From: Eledone cirrhosa
Taxonomy: Eukaryota
Direction: 5' to 3'
DNA length: 64,000 bases
Assembly: GCA_964016885.1 (NCBI GenBank)
Contig: OZ024742.1
Location: 284,208,001 to 284,272,000, forward strand
Shown here: positions 23,841 through 37,349 of the stretch, one piece after another
Numbering within the stretch: the stretch's first letter is position 1
How the letters are laid out: each line of letters opens with the position of its first letter
Translations under genes and position numbers: made by a program
Notes under the pieces: generated by a model
What the model was told of the DNA's origin: nothing
The model's database searches: none
Seen by the model: only the letters and a program-made list of their open reading frames with translations

Positions 23841-25065
23841 GAGCTGTGACTGAATATTATAAAGCATTTTGTCCAACATACAAACTATTCTACCAAATTG
23901 CTGCTGTAATCATCATCAACAACAACAAATAAATAAATAAATAATTGAATAACAATAATATAAACACATGGCTAGATAGAAATAGCTAGATAGAAATAGC
24001 AATCAAATTTACTCCAAAAAAAAAAAATCACCCTACACCTTGAAATACCAGCCAGGTCAAAACTGGCTCTGGTTCTATGAAACAAAACCCATCTTAAAGT
24101 GTTCCTATATAAATTAAATCTTTCAGTTTAATTTTATAAAAGAACGATATGTTAAATTACTATCTTTGTAATGAAATAATAATTTTAGTAAATATTTCGA
24201 AATTCTTCATTAACCTATTTGATGCCAAATCTGAACTCACACTGGTTCTATGATACTAAGCTGTTTATATTTATCTAAAAACTTCCATCATAATTCTATA
24301 AGTTATGCTCCAAACACCAGCTTAATAATGAGAAATTTATATTACTATATCTCTCCAAATACTTGGTTATTTGAAAAATCACAGGCAGTGTTTTTCATTA
24401 GAAATATGGTAGAGAAAAGGGTTAGTGTATATTTCATTAGAAATGTAGTCATGAAAGGATTGAAGGATAGTAGAGCAACAAGAGAATCAATCTTGTGATG
24501 AAAGAAATCAGGAGTAAAAACAGAATAAGTTGGAGAAAAGTAGGAGGTAAAAGAAAAATGTGAAGAAAAAAAGGAATAGAAAGAGGAGGAGGGAGATAGA
24601 AAAAGGTTCTACAAAAAATCAACAGCAAGCTTATGAGTTTCTAGCCAGTCCACTTCATCTGGTAGAAACAGCAGTCAAATCACCCATAAACAACACTACT
24701 GTTTTTTGTTTTTTTTCAGTAGGAACATGTTGGATAATGTAGTCCTAGATACAGATATACAAAAAGGCAAGATGGTCATGAGCAGACCTGAGACTAAATA
24801 ACATCAAAGCTCCAACAATAGAACTGAGATGTGAAGATCATTTTTAGCCAGGGAAGGTTGTTTTTTTTTATCAAAGATTAACTTTATATTTTCAAAGTAG
24901 TTTAGGATGAAGCCAATGACACTAAGTGATTATGATGATGATGATGTTGATGATGAATGATCCTCTGACAATGGATCAGCATTCAGTTGTTCGATCAACT
25001 GAATGTCTCACTGGACTTTTGAATTACTGGTACTGTCCATCTTGTATTATATAATAAAAATAATG

Positions 25066-25392
25066 ATGAAAATTACTGTGTACAGTGCTCAGGTGCACTA
25101 CAACTTATCAAAGGTGCATGTATAATACATAGAATAATGTACAAATGTTAGGAAAGTGAAAAGCGTATGCATCATGATATACACACAGATACATGTATGC
25201 ATGTGTATAGAGAGGGAATATCAGGTGTAGTGTTGGCGAATTTCGGGAAGCATGGAAGTTTTGAAGGATGCAGTGTCCTGACAGCTAACAACCGATGCAG
25301 GTAGTTTGTTCCATGCTTCAGCAACTCTGAGTGTGAAAAAATGTTTCCAAAAGTCATGGGAGCTGTACTATTTTCTGACTTTGTAGGCATGC
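25066..25392 (-). mobile_element. CR1/L2-group LINE 3' end fragment
   Basis: Reverse-complement twin of 40790-41158; encodes HFFTLRVAEAWNKLP; (ATT)n tail. Confidence 0.8.
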
Positions 25393-25724
25393 CCAGTATA
25401 AATGATTGAGTTTTGCATAGACATGTTTACTCTGTAACATAATTCTCAGGCAGAATCAGCATAACATAATATGTAACAAGGCTGAATGTTTGAATTATAG
25501 ATACAATACATCTGACAGGCTTCCACACAGTTTCTGTCTACCTAATTTTATTCACAAAGCTTAGCTCGACTGTGAGGCTTTGATAAAGATATTTACCCAA
25601 GGTGTCACACAGTGGGATTGAACTGAGGACCTCATTGCAAAGTGAAATTCCTAACCACTTAACCATGCCTGCATCAAGCAGAGATAGCTCTCTAGAAGTA
25701 GGTGATAGCTTATCTTACTTCAGC

Positions 25725-26275
25725 TTTTCTGAAAACATAGTAGTCAAAGTATGAATGGATTGGAAAAAATTCAGGAAGCTATAACCTCTGTTGGTGACAA
25801 AGAGTTTCTCTCTTTAAGTGAAAAGCAGGTTGTATGGTGCTTGTGTACAAAATGTGATACTGCATAGTAGCAGGCCATAAAGTTTGAATGAAGAGGATTT
25901 GCGAAGACTAGAAAGAAATGAAGCAAGCATTCTCCACTAGATGTGTAATGTTAGTGTATATGAACAACAAAGCATAAATGTACTGACAAAAAACCTTGGT
26001 ATAAGAGAAACCAAATGTAGTGTGCAAAAGAGAAGACTGTGTTGGTTCAGGCATGTGAATGCGTGGAAGATGACAGCTGTATAAAGAAGTGCAGAGCATT
26101 CAAAGTGGATGGAATCTGTGGAAGAGTGAGACATAGAAAGATATATGATAAAGTGAAGGTTGATTTCAGGATGCTGAGCCTCAAGAAAGAGATGACAAAG
26201 GACATTGATTATTGGCAACACAATGCAGGAAAAGATCTGTCCCCACTGTATAAGCATAGTAAAACAAACATTAAA
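25725..26275 (+). mobile_element. Decayed RTE 3' fragment
   Basis: Homologous to RTE C-terminus (GWKKFR.L, DLRRLERNEAS, EDDSCIKKCRA). Confidence 0.8.
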
Positions 26276-27029
26276 AATTGTGGTAGTGGTGGCAGCGGGG
26301 TCTCTTAGCCAATAAAGTGGTTGACAAATGAGTGGAGACAATATAGTCAAGAAGACCCTATAGTGCTTGTGCCATAATAAAATGCACTCAATAGACTCTG
26401 TAAAGTGATTGGTGTAAAGAAGGACATCCAGTCATATAAACTATGCCAAAAGTGGAATGTATGATGAAGACATGGTTCTCTGACACATCTAGGAGGGCCA
26501 TAACTCTGAATAAGAACTGATTCAAATTGACAACCCATCCAAGTATGGAAAGTGAATATAAAATGATAACAATGATGATGATGTGGAGCATATTTTAAAC
26601 ATAACAACTGGTGACTGTGAGAAGTGAACCTTTTGTATGCAGTGAAAAGGTGAGATGAAAGGGATTTGGAAAAAAAGGCGAGAATAAAATTAGGAGGCAA
26701 AGTAGATGGTGAAAAAGAATGTAATAGAAGTCATTAGACTATGAGCGATGTTATACTTTGTTAGAAGAGTTAGTCTGTAACAGCAGGACAGCAAGTGTAG
26801 TTGTAGAAGCCTACAGAATTTGGCAGTTTGTTCAGAGATAGAACTGGAAAAAGAGAAAGGGAAGAGAAATGAGATAACTGAGAAATAATAAAATTAAAAA
26901 TATAAGACAAGATTTCATGAAATACAACTTTTAAGACCAATTTTTCAGCCTTGCAAGGCCTCATAACAGGCTTCATACTCATCATGGAGTTCTTTTTGAA
27001 GAAATATTTTATGGTTCGATGCCCTTTTT

Positions 27030-27392
27030 ACAAATCATATAATTTTATACAAACCACAAAATTTCCTGCAAACCACAAGATTCCATGCAAGTTACAAGAT
27101 TTCATGCAAACCACATGATTTCAGGGTAAAATATAAAATGTTAGGCAGACTACAAGATTCATGTAAATCTTAAGATTTCATTCAATCATAAGATTCCATG
27201 CAATTCCCAAGATTTCATTCAATCATAAGATTCCATGCAATTTCCAAGGTTTCTTCCAACCATACAATTCCATATAAATAAGATTCTATGCAAATAACAA
27301 GGTTTCTTCCAAATCATAAGATTCCATGCAGATTATAAAGTTTTTTCCAATCATAAAATTCCATGCAAATTATAAGATTTCTTCTAATAACA
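27030..27392. repeat. Degenerate ~19/38-bp minisatellite
   Basis: aagatttcatgcaaatcat / aagattccatgcaattccc units. Confidence 0.75.
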
Positions 27393-27394
27393 AG

Positions 27395-27960
27395 TTAGTG
27401 AAACAATATTAAATAGAGAATTATACACTGATATATTCATAATAAATTCGACTAGCACTTCAACAAAACAACATAAAAGTGAGCTACAATTGCACAATAC
27501 ATATATCTCATGCCATTAATAAATATAACGTAAAAATGTGGCAAACAAGCATAGAACAAAGGAAGATGACATGCAACTACCAAAATATAGAATTCTGCCC
27601 ACTGAACAGCTAATGATTAGAGAAAATCATTATATACCATGGTGATTTCTCCAGCAGCAACACATCAATAAGCTACATAGGGCTTACAGAGCACTCCTTC
27701 AAAAGCTGCTTGCACCAACAGAAAATCATCACCTGGAAAACACCACAGCACTTTCAAAGTATATTTGGAAATTGGGAGATGAAGAAATCACCAACATCAA
27801 ATGGGCAGAGTTAGATATGTCACAGGTATTTAGAAATATTTCAAATACCTACAATGTCCATCTTTTTAGAAATTTTGTTTCATTTGCCACCATTCACCAA
27901 TCGTAAATAAAGAGTGAATTAATATTAACCTCCTGACACATGACCAAATTCTTCCTTGAG
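27395..27960 (+). mobile_element. Penelope-like element remnant (GIY-YIG endonuclease region)
   Basis: Fragments translate as IKVSYNC, FCPLN, IIY, YIGLTEHSFK, TALSKYIW, in the order expected for PLE GIY-YIG domains; stops and frameshifts present. Confidence 0.75.
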
Positions 27961-28225
27961 AATTTCAATGAGGTCATTCTCACTTATGTATGACAACTGA
28001 TAATTTACACTGTTTACATCTCAAAAAATATTACGTGTATATATATATATATGTATATATATATACTAGCAGAGGTACCCGTTGTTCGGGAATGAAAGTG
28101 GCCTTTACATACGAGAAGAAAGTAAAAAATATAATATTGAAATGAGTTATTGTAAATTCCATTTATTCTTCAATTGATGGGATATTCCGCATGTGTAATT
28201 CTCAGGGAGATTCAGCATGTGTACA

Positions 28226-28727
28226 CTATATATATATATAAAACTGAAGATGTCTGTCTGTGTGTGTGTGAGTTTGAATCCCTAAAACTAGAGAACCACC
28301 CAACCGACTGTTTTCAAACTTTACACATGTAATACTTATGTTTCAGGGAGTGTTCTGAGCAAAAAATATTTCAAATTTTCAATGCCCTGGGGACCGCATT
28401 CGGCGATTTAGCGATCTCTCTCTATAATTCTTAATCTTTCTCTTTTTAGATAGATACATACATATAATGTCGCGCCCTTATAATATCTGTCTGTAGCCTC
28501 CGGTTATTCTGCCATGCTTGCTCAAGAAAAATCTCACACACATTCCCCAAACAGTTGGTAAGTGCACACAACTTCTTCCTCACGTTTTAAACCACAGTGT
28601 TGCTTACTTACGTACCACCAGACCCTTACTTCTTTGCCAGCCGTGGTTGTGGCAATACTAAGCTTAGCTAAGGCGGTTATATATTTCACAATACCTTATC
28701 CCGTGCAATGCCGGGTACCACTGCTAG
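28226..28727 (+). mobile_element. Non-autonomous Helitron
   Basis: 5' ctatatatatatataaaactgaagatgtctgtctg; 3' hairpin cccgtgcaatgccggg followed by taccactgCTAG|T. A second Helitron-type 3' end lies on the minus strand at 28066-28090. Confidence 0.7.
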
Positions 28728-28744
28728 TTAGTTATATTTATATA

Positions 28745-29030
28745 TACAGTAGTCCCCTGGTATTCACGATGGTTGTGTTCCTACAGCTCCCGCGAAGAGT
28801 GAAAAACTGTGAATATTGGATGTGGTCCATAAAAATGCCTATAAACATCAAAATATAACGTAAATTATAATAAAAAAAGAGGAAGCAAAGGGGTGTCCAA
28901 TAGGCTGGCAAATACAGTATATTGTTATTAATAATTTAGCATTAAAAAATATATATTGCCACCAAAAAAGCCATTAAAAAATCGTGGAAGATATTTACGA
29001 TTCCGCGAATATGTGGTGGTTTCCACGAAC
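28745..29030. mobile_element. Possible pogo/Tigger-type DNA transposon remnant
   Basis: TA|cagtagtcccctggtattcacg start resembles Tigger-like TIRs; other end not clearly found. Confidence 0.4.
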
Positions 29031-30099
29031 AATTATTAGTTAGGAAATTTCTGCAAACAAACAGGACTGAAAATGCCAGGAATACACTAGATATATGCAT
29101 ATATATACATGACAAACTTGCCTCTCTCTCTCTCTGCATCATCATCATCCATTACAACGTGTAGAGTGATGCACTGACTCCCTCTTTCTTTCTTTTGCCT
29201 CTTCCTTTTTTTGCTTTCACGCATGTAAAAATATAAATATATTAAATCTTCTTGAGGCAAATGGTGAATATATGAAATCTTACAACTAAGACCATGGGTT
29301 TTATATTCCTATCCTCTCTCTCTTTCTCTCTTCCTTAACTTTAGTTCCATGTATTCATTTATTTATTAATAACCTCCGTTATATTCTTCACGATAGCTTT
29401 TAATTCTTCGCCTATTTATTAATCTTTCAGCTATTTACCACAATATGCTAGCTATCTACCTATTTCTTTCTGACGCTGACTCTGGATTCCTCTCACTCAT
29501 CCCCTATCCCCCACCATTCAACTAGCTGTCTGTCAGACATGGCCCTGTGCTCTTACCCTTTTCCCTTCTGCTAACACACTTACACACACCAATATGTATC
29601 CTCCTACATCACGAATCTCAATTTATTACTCTGTGAACCGTTTAATGACTGCACAGAGCAGATGTGGACTCCACAAGCCATAGTGAAGGCAACCCACCTA
29701 GGAGAGTAGGCCCTCCGACTAAAAACAACTGCACGAGGTAGATGTGGAGCCTGTAAGCCGTAATGAAGGCAACCCGTCTAGGAGAGTAGACACTCCAAAT
29801 AAAAACTGGTACAGAGTGGCAAGGACTCTTGAGTCTGGTAAGACAACCTCCCTAGTACTGGTGGCATGAACAATGCACCCAGTCCACACTGTAAAGTGGT
29901 TGGTGATATGAAGGGTATCCAGCCAGTAAAACCCAGCCAAAATCATGAAAAGCACGGCCAATATGATTTCCACTAGTTGCGAACACAGGGCTGACACTAG
30001 TCATGTCAGTGCTGCGCACGGCAGTGAGGTGTCTAGAGCAACCATATGTGAGAACCGCTCAACCATCATCAAGCAATCAGACAACCACTTTCCCTTTCA

Positions 30100-32216
30100 G
30101 GTACATAGAACCTCTAACCGGAGAAGTAACAACTATCAAGGTACAAATCTCAGGACTACTACCCTCAATGTTTGTACCCTGAAAGACAAATGGACTGTAA
30201 TAAATACTAAGGCCTTTCTTGGGGAAGAATGCACTGTCCAGCACAAGTTAGTTATTAGTGACACCAAAATAAACAAAAGACAGAAGACATGCAGGAAAAT
30301 ATGGAGATGGAGGGTTTGGAAACTAAAGGACCTCTCGGTTAAATATAGGTTTAGAAAGGCCCTACAGGATGCACTTGATGAGTGAGATGATGAGCTAGAT
30401 ACATACAACAAAGAGGACAACAGGAAATTTTTATGCGACAACCTTTTGCGAACTACTGGTGAGACTTGCAGATGGAGTAAAGCACCAGCTAGACAGAGGG
30501 TGACCTACAGCCATTAAAGCCAAGAGACAGGCATGGAAAGACTGGAAAAATGGGGATAGCACAGACTGGTACCAAGTAGCTAAGAAAGAAGCTAGGTGAC
30601 AGGTATACACAACTCAGAGAGAGGCTGAAGAAGGTAAATTTGCCAATGTCTTGAGGCGTGAGGATCAGAGGCATGAAGTGTTCCGTATTGGAAGGCAGTG
30701 TGTTAGTGTGAATTGAGATGTTGGGGGAAAATGTGTTAGAAATGACGTTGATGCACTTAGCACCACTGATGCCCAAAACAAAGAGGTCTAGAAATGTTAC
30801 TATTAGGGATTAATGAATGTAGAGAATGAATGGGAGGAAGAGAAACTACGCCAACTTACCCGAAGGAAGGACCAGCTATTGAAGTTGATAGTTTTAGGGT
30901 CAAAGATGCAATCAAGGAGATGAACAGTGTTAAAGCTGCGGAACCATCAGAAATAGTTGTTGAGATGCTAAAAGCATCGGGAGAGGTAGGAGTGAAAATA
31001 ATAATCCAAATAGTAAATCAAGTAATACATGACAGAGTCATACCCAAAGACGGGCGCAGGGGTAGAGTCAAAATAGGTTAGATGCAGTTTGGTTTCATAC
31101 CTAGAAAAATACTACAGATGTCCTCTTCTTAGTGAGACAACTACAAAAAAAGTTCCTAGCCATAAATAAACCACTATATTTAGCTTTTGTTGATCTAGAG
31201 AAGGCCTTTGGCAGAGGTATTTAAAACTGGCTGTCCATGGTAACTTCTTTATGCTGAATTCATAAAAGAACTAGAACATAAGTTTTGACTACGGAAACAG
31301 AATTTGGAATCAAAGGTCTGAGAGTAAACATAGCCAAAACTAAAGCGCTAGTGAGTAGAGAAGATAGAGCCTTGATTACTTCAGGGAAGTGGTCCTGCTC
31401 AACATGTAGAAAAAGAGTAGGCATAAACTCCATACCATGTACGCAATGTAAATCTTTGGTACACAAAGGATGCAGTGGGATAATGGGTAGACTAACAGGA
31501 AGGGAAGACTTTGTATGTAGATGCACAGGGGTAATTGAAGGGAAGAGCGCCAGTGATATAAACCTTTTCCAGTCAGAGCAAGTGTCCATAGAAGTGGTTG
31601 ATAGCTTCTGCTATCTAGATAACTTAATTAGCAGCAGAGAAGGGTGCTCTAAAAGCATAATAGCTAGAATAAGGATGTGATGGAAAAAGTTTAGAGAGCT
31701 ACTCCCACTGTTGACAAAAAAGGTTTCTCCCTATGTACAAAAGGACAACTGTATAATGCATGTATGTGAAGTGTGATGCTGCATGGGAGTAAAATATGGG
31801 CAGTGATTGCAGAGGATATGCATAGACTGGAGAGAAATGAAGCAAACATGCTTCACTGGATGTGCAATGTAAATGCGAGAGAAAGACAGAGCTTGGATGA
31901 GCTGAGGGAGAAACTGGGTTTAAAAGGAATACAAAGTGGTATGCAGAAGAGAGACTGCATTGGTACGGACATGTGATGTGCATGGATGATGATTGCTGGG
32001 TGAAGAAGTGCCAAGAAATGCCAGTGGAAGGAAGTCGCAATAGAGGTAGACCAAGAAAGATCTAGGCAGAGGTGGTGACAGCTAATCTCAAATCGCTGAG
32101 GCTCACAAAGGAGATGAGGAAGGAATGCAGTGAGTGGAGAGATGCTGTGCTGAAAAAGACCTGACCAACCCATGCAAGCATGAAAAAAACGGACATAAAA
32201 ACAATGATGATGATGA
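30100..32216 (+). mobile_element. Heavily decayed RTE LINE with internal deletions
   Basis: TTTLNVCTLK, EECTVQHKLV, EGPAIEV, SGKWSCSTCRK, MLHGSK..RLERNEA fragments; RTE tail and (GAT)n at 32160-32216. Confidence 0.88.
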
Positions 32217-34664
32217 TATATTACTAGTTGTCATTTGTCATGCTTTAGGGGGATGTTCTTTCTAACCCTTTTGATACCAAACCCCTGGTTCTATGATACA
32301 AAACTTTGTTTCAAAGTGTTTATATTTATCTAAAAGTCTTCTATCATAATTTTATGTAAGAACCATTGTTAAATTATGTTTCAAACACCAGATAAATAAC
32401 AAGAAAGTTAGGTATATTACTAAATCCCTTAAAATTCTTGAGTATTTTCAAAATGATTGGAAAATCATAGGCAGTGACTTTCATTAGAAATATGGAAAGC
32501 CTTTAAATTCTCAAGAAAGAATTTGGGCATATATCTCAGTAGGAGTTAGGTTTCTATTGTTGTTTTCCTATTCTCCTTACAACTTTCTGTTACCTCAGCT
32601 ACTATTTCATATTTGTTGGCCTCTAGTCATACAGGTGCTATTGTGAGACACTTTAAACCTGGCACAGCCCATTCCCTCTCTAGGTCTGAATACAGTCAAT
32701 TTCTTCAAAAGAAAGTTAAAGAGAAGAAGTGAGAAAGTGATATAGAGGAAGACCCAACCACATTACCAGTCTAGTACTCTTTTTTACTGAACTCGAAAGG
32801 ATGAAAGGCAAAGTTGACCTGGGTTTTGATCGCAATGAATTGAAGCAAATACTCCAATGCATTCTATCTGACATCCTATCGATTTATTGTTTTGCTATTT
32901 GCATTAGTTTCCCCTTTATTGCCTATTTTCATCACCCTACATTTGTTGTTATGGCTCACACCTGCATAGGTTTCACTTCCCCCTATGAGGTCATATCTCA
33001 TAGGAGATATCTTAGGTGTGATAATGTCTGGGAGCTTCCACCCTCTCATATTACTATTTTTCTGGTGACAGGAGGCAGGATTTGAACACAGAATACACAG
33101 AGCCAAAACAGATACCACTAATGATTACACCAATCCACTGCCTAGGGCTGATACTATATCGAACTCAAGAGAATAAAGGGTAAAGTTTACATTGGTTGGA
33201 TTTGAAAGAGCACAAAGAATAGGAACAAATACTGCAAAGCAGTATGGTACCCTAATGACCCTGCCAATTCCCTGCCTTATAGTCCTGCAGTAAATATTAC
33301 ATAGCAGTTTTCTAGTTACAGAATACCCCTAACTCCTTGTGTATGTAGTAAAGGCTTAACAGACAGACAGATACAAGATAATATATTATAAGTCTGACTT
33401 GTCAATAATTGTTTCTACTTTTGGCACAAGGCCAGCAATTACCCAGTACATTACTGGTACTTTATTTTATCGACCCCGTAAGGATGAACTGACTTGTCAA
33501 TAATGACAATACATTATAAATGTTTGATATAGCAATACCAAATGACTATAATGTAATGTAGAATTGAAGTGAAAAGGTCAGGAATTACACTGACTCAGCT
33601 ATTCAATTAAAACTGCTATGGTATTCAAGACACATGACTATTATCTCAAGATACACAAGCATGTCTGTAAAGTCATAGACAGATTACCTAGAATAATAAC
33701 TATATAAGGATATGTAAACATTGCTAAGATATTCTCACACTGTATTTCTTAACTTTGATTATTTCTAAGTACTGTTCAAAGACATAGCTAATTAATTTTT
33801 TTTTTTGTAAGGAAATTCTTGATGTATTTCTCAAATCATGAAAAATAATTGTTTCTACTTTTGGCACAAGGTCAGCAATTATCACAGTGTATTACTGGTA
33901 CTTTATTTTATCGACCCCGTAAGGATGAAAGGCAAAGTTAACTTCGGCGGGATTTGAACTCAGTGAAAAATAATAATAATGATTAGTAGTAGTAGTAGAG
34001 GTGGTGGTGGTAGATTCTAAATTTAACACAAAGCCAGCAGTTTTTGGATGAGGAGAAAGCTAATTAATTTGACCTCAGTACTAGACTGGTACTTTATTTA
34101 TCGACCCTGAAGGGATAAAAGGCAGGGTTGACTTCAGTGAGATTTGAACCCAGAACAAAAAGAGCAGGAACAAAGACCATGAGACATTTGTCCAAAATCA
34201 CAACAATAATAATGAAAATAATAATTTCTAACAAAGGCACAAGGTCACGATTTGGGGGAAGGGTATAGTTTTCAATAACTCAGTTTAGTATTTCACTGGT
34301 ACTTTATTTTATTGACCCCAGAAAATTGAAAGACAAAGTTGATCTCGGTGGGATTTGAACTCAGAACGTAAAGAGCCAGAAAAAATACTGCTAAGCATTT
34401 CTCTGACACTCTAACGACTGTCAATCCACAGCCCTTAATGCTTCCTAAATAATAATAAGTTAATAGGTTATGATTTCTTTATTAGCTCAAATGATCGCAT
34501 ATCAAATAGTAAACATCATAAACATAAGGATTACTATACATGTGGGCTGGACAAACAACGTTATATAAAACAAGGGCAGAGGCAGATGAATTAAAATTTG
34601 ATAAAACAAGAAATAAGTATAAAACATACAATAATTAATGCAAGATATATGGAAAAAAACATGT

Positions 34665-34883
34665 TTAACCCTTTAGCATTTAAACCGGCCATAATTCTTT
34701 CACCTCTTTCTATTCAAACCAGTTGCAACTGGCTACTCATACTGATGTTAAGGTATTGTTCTCAAAATAAATAATATCAAAATCTCTTAGATTCAATATT
34801 ATGTGAGATATTCAATATTATGTGAGACTTTACCACTAAAATACAATAGTATATATAGAGTAATGTAAATGCTAAAGGGTTAA
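34665..34883. mobile_element. piggyBac-type MITE (TTAA TSD, CCCTTTAGCATTT TIR)
   Basis: ttaa|ccctttagcattta ... taaatgctaaaggg|ttaa; relatives at 49369-49577, 60179-60371 and 63896-end. Confidence 0.8.
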
Positions 34884-35051
34884 CAAAAGTACAAACCACA
34901 CATTTTGAGAGAGCATATAGTTGGTTAACTCAACCCAGGAACTATCTTTTGAACTCCAGAAAGAAGAAAAGCAAAGTTGACTTCAGTAATATTTAAACTT
35001 AGAACAAAAAGAAGAATAAGAAAAGGAATTTTATTTTCCCTTAGAGTATAC

Positions 35052-35236
35052 CTGATTCAACCTTCACCACTTCTGATCCTATCATACTTGAGGACTTTTG
35101 TCTTCTTTTGGTACGCATGCGTGAAAAACTTTTCCGTAGTTTGTTGGCTTTATTGATGCTGAAAGTCGATATGGACCTTTTCATGTTGGCCAGCTGTGGT
35201 ACGATATTGAAATCTCGTTTCCATATAGATCTTGTA
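35052..35236 (-). CDS. Second coding exon of the tandem-CABIT gene (basic/Ser-rich)
   Basis: Acceptor tctacag ending 35237; phase 2 joins AG+T from the 37350 donor in frame (S-TRSIWKRDFNIVPQL..KVES); possible donor tcag|gtatac at 35052, otherwise reads to TAA at 35041. Confidence 0.7.
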
Positions 35237-37349
35237 CTGTAGACAACAATAATAACAATAATCATAATGATTTCTGATTTAGGCACAAAGCCAATAATTT
35301 TGGGGGAGGGAAAGTTGATTAAATTAACCCCAGTGCATTACTGGTGCTTTATTTTATCGACCCCGTAAAGATGAAAAACAAAACTAACTTCGGCGGGATT
35401 TGAACTCAGAACGTAAAGGAACGTAACTCTATGCTGCAAAGCATGGTGTTCGACGCTCTACCGATACTGCCAACAATAATTATAATGATGATTTCTCACA
35501 TAGGAGAATAGAAGGGATCAGATTTAGAGGATGGGAGAGGAATAATCAATAAGATCTGGTACTTTATTTTACTGATGCTGGAAAGATGAAAAACAAAGTT
35601 AACTTCAGCAGGATTTTAAATCTGAATGTAAAGGGAACCAACTTAATGCTGCTAGGCATCTTGTTAGTCACTTGCCAAACGAAGCGCCGGGGAGACTCTT
35701 TAGCTGTGTCAAAGACATGACAACCACCCTAGTGTTGGTGATTTACACGATAAACATACCCAGGACACTCTGTAAAATGCTTGTTGATAATAAGGGTATT
35801 CAGTTATAGAAAACCTCCCAAACAAAGGGTTGGGAGGACTCTTCAGCTGTGTCAAAAGACATAACAATCTCCCTAGTACTTGTGCCATGATAAAATTCAC
35901 TTGGTAGAACAAGGGAAACTTTTTTGTAAGCATGAGATATGCTCCCGGCCTGCCTGAACACCCAGTACAGAACAGAAACATTAATGAGAGAGACAGACCC
36001 CCTGGCCCATCTGTGAGGACAGTAGCTTCACCAAAGACTAACTTCGTCTGCAGCGACCTGTCCAATCCTTACTAGCAGAGGAAACTGATGTTAATTGATG
36101 ATGATGATTCTATCAACTATACCTACCCCCTAGCAAAAGTTTCAAGGAGGATCCATCAACTCAGTGAAAGGGAGTCTGTCTAAGACCTGGGCTACTACTA
36201 AGGCTAACTAGGCAGCTGCTATGACACAAACCTAAAAAAAAAGTACATTACTGAACCTTAAAAAAATATTCTATACAATTAAATTAAATATATAATTTCC
36301 TGCAATAAATAAATCACAAAGCATTTTTGCCATGTTGCAGCATTGTGGAAATATCAAAAACAGTAGAGGTTGTATGGTGTTATGATTTGGCATGGGTGAA
36401 TTTGGACTATAAAGTAGAAAATGCAGGCCTAGTAATTTTCTTAATGGGACCAGAGCAAGTGTTTGATACACTGGCTTGTCAGTGTGCCAAACAGTAAATT
36501 GAAATTATTTTATTTGGGAGAATGAGATGCACATTGTAGGAATTTCCTAGGGCGCTAAATACTCAGGCCCTGGTCATGTGTAAAGTTATGGCATATAAAT
36601 ATGTAGGTTTAACTGGCCTCCTTCAAGGCTGTATCTCATAGGAAGTTTCTCAGTTGTTTTAATCACAGGGGACCCCATCCTATCATGAAAAGCAATATGA
36701 AATGAACTGTCATGCTCAAGAACACAACACGCTGTCTGGTCCAGGAATCGAACCCATGACTTTAGGATGTTTCCAACATCCTAACCACCAGGTCATGTGC
36801 TTTCTCAGTGCTCATAGTGTACTTACAAGTAACTGAACAGAATAAAAGAACTAGAATTTGAAGTGAGTATGCCCTCCACAACATCATAATCCCATACCAA
36901 CTGGCTCCACCTCTGATCTGGACATAATGGAATACCACAAAGCAATGTGTTCATCTCAAAACTGATTCTGCCACCTCAACAATCTTTAATCTTGATTTTT
37001 TTTAATAAGTAGGTACAAGGTCACAAAATTTAGGTAGATGTATAGTCGATTATATCGGCCGTGGTACTTTACTGGTACTTTATTATATCAATCCATAGAA
37101 GGATGAAATGCAAAATTAACCTCAGAGGAATTTGAACTCAGAATAACAATAATAATAATTTCTTACATCGATACAAGGTCAGCAAATTTAGGGCATGGGA
37201 AAGTTGATTAAACCAAGTCCCAGTACTTGGCTGGTATTTATCGATACCCGGAAGGAAATGCAAAGTTGACCTTGGCGAGATTTGAACTAAACTCAGTACA
37301 ATAATAACAATAATTGTTTCTACAATAATAACAATAATGATATAAATAC

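Larger units (their letters stand above)
32765..37330 (-). mobile_element. Cluster of about ten MetaSINE-like copies, all on the minus strand, within introns of the CABIT gene
   Basis: Copies near 32770, 33130, 33410 (16-bp TSD ctgacttgtcaataat at 33394 and 33489), 33850, 34015, 34225, 35270, 35555, 37010, 37160; all show tactggtactttattttatcgacccc..ggatgaaaggcaaagt on the plus strand. Confidence 0.8.

Noticed and set aside
24885-25045. Extra CABIT-gene exon
   Set aside because: All three minus-strand frames hit stops within ~50 nt.
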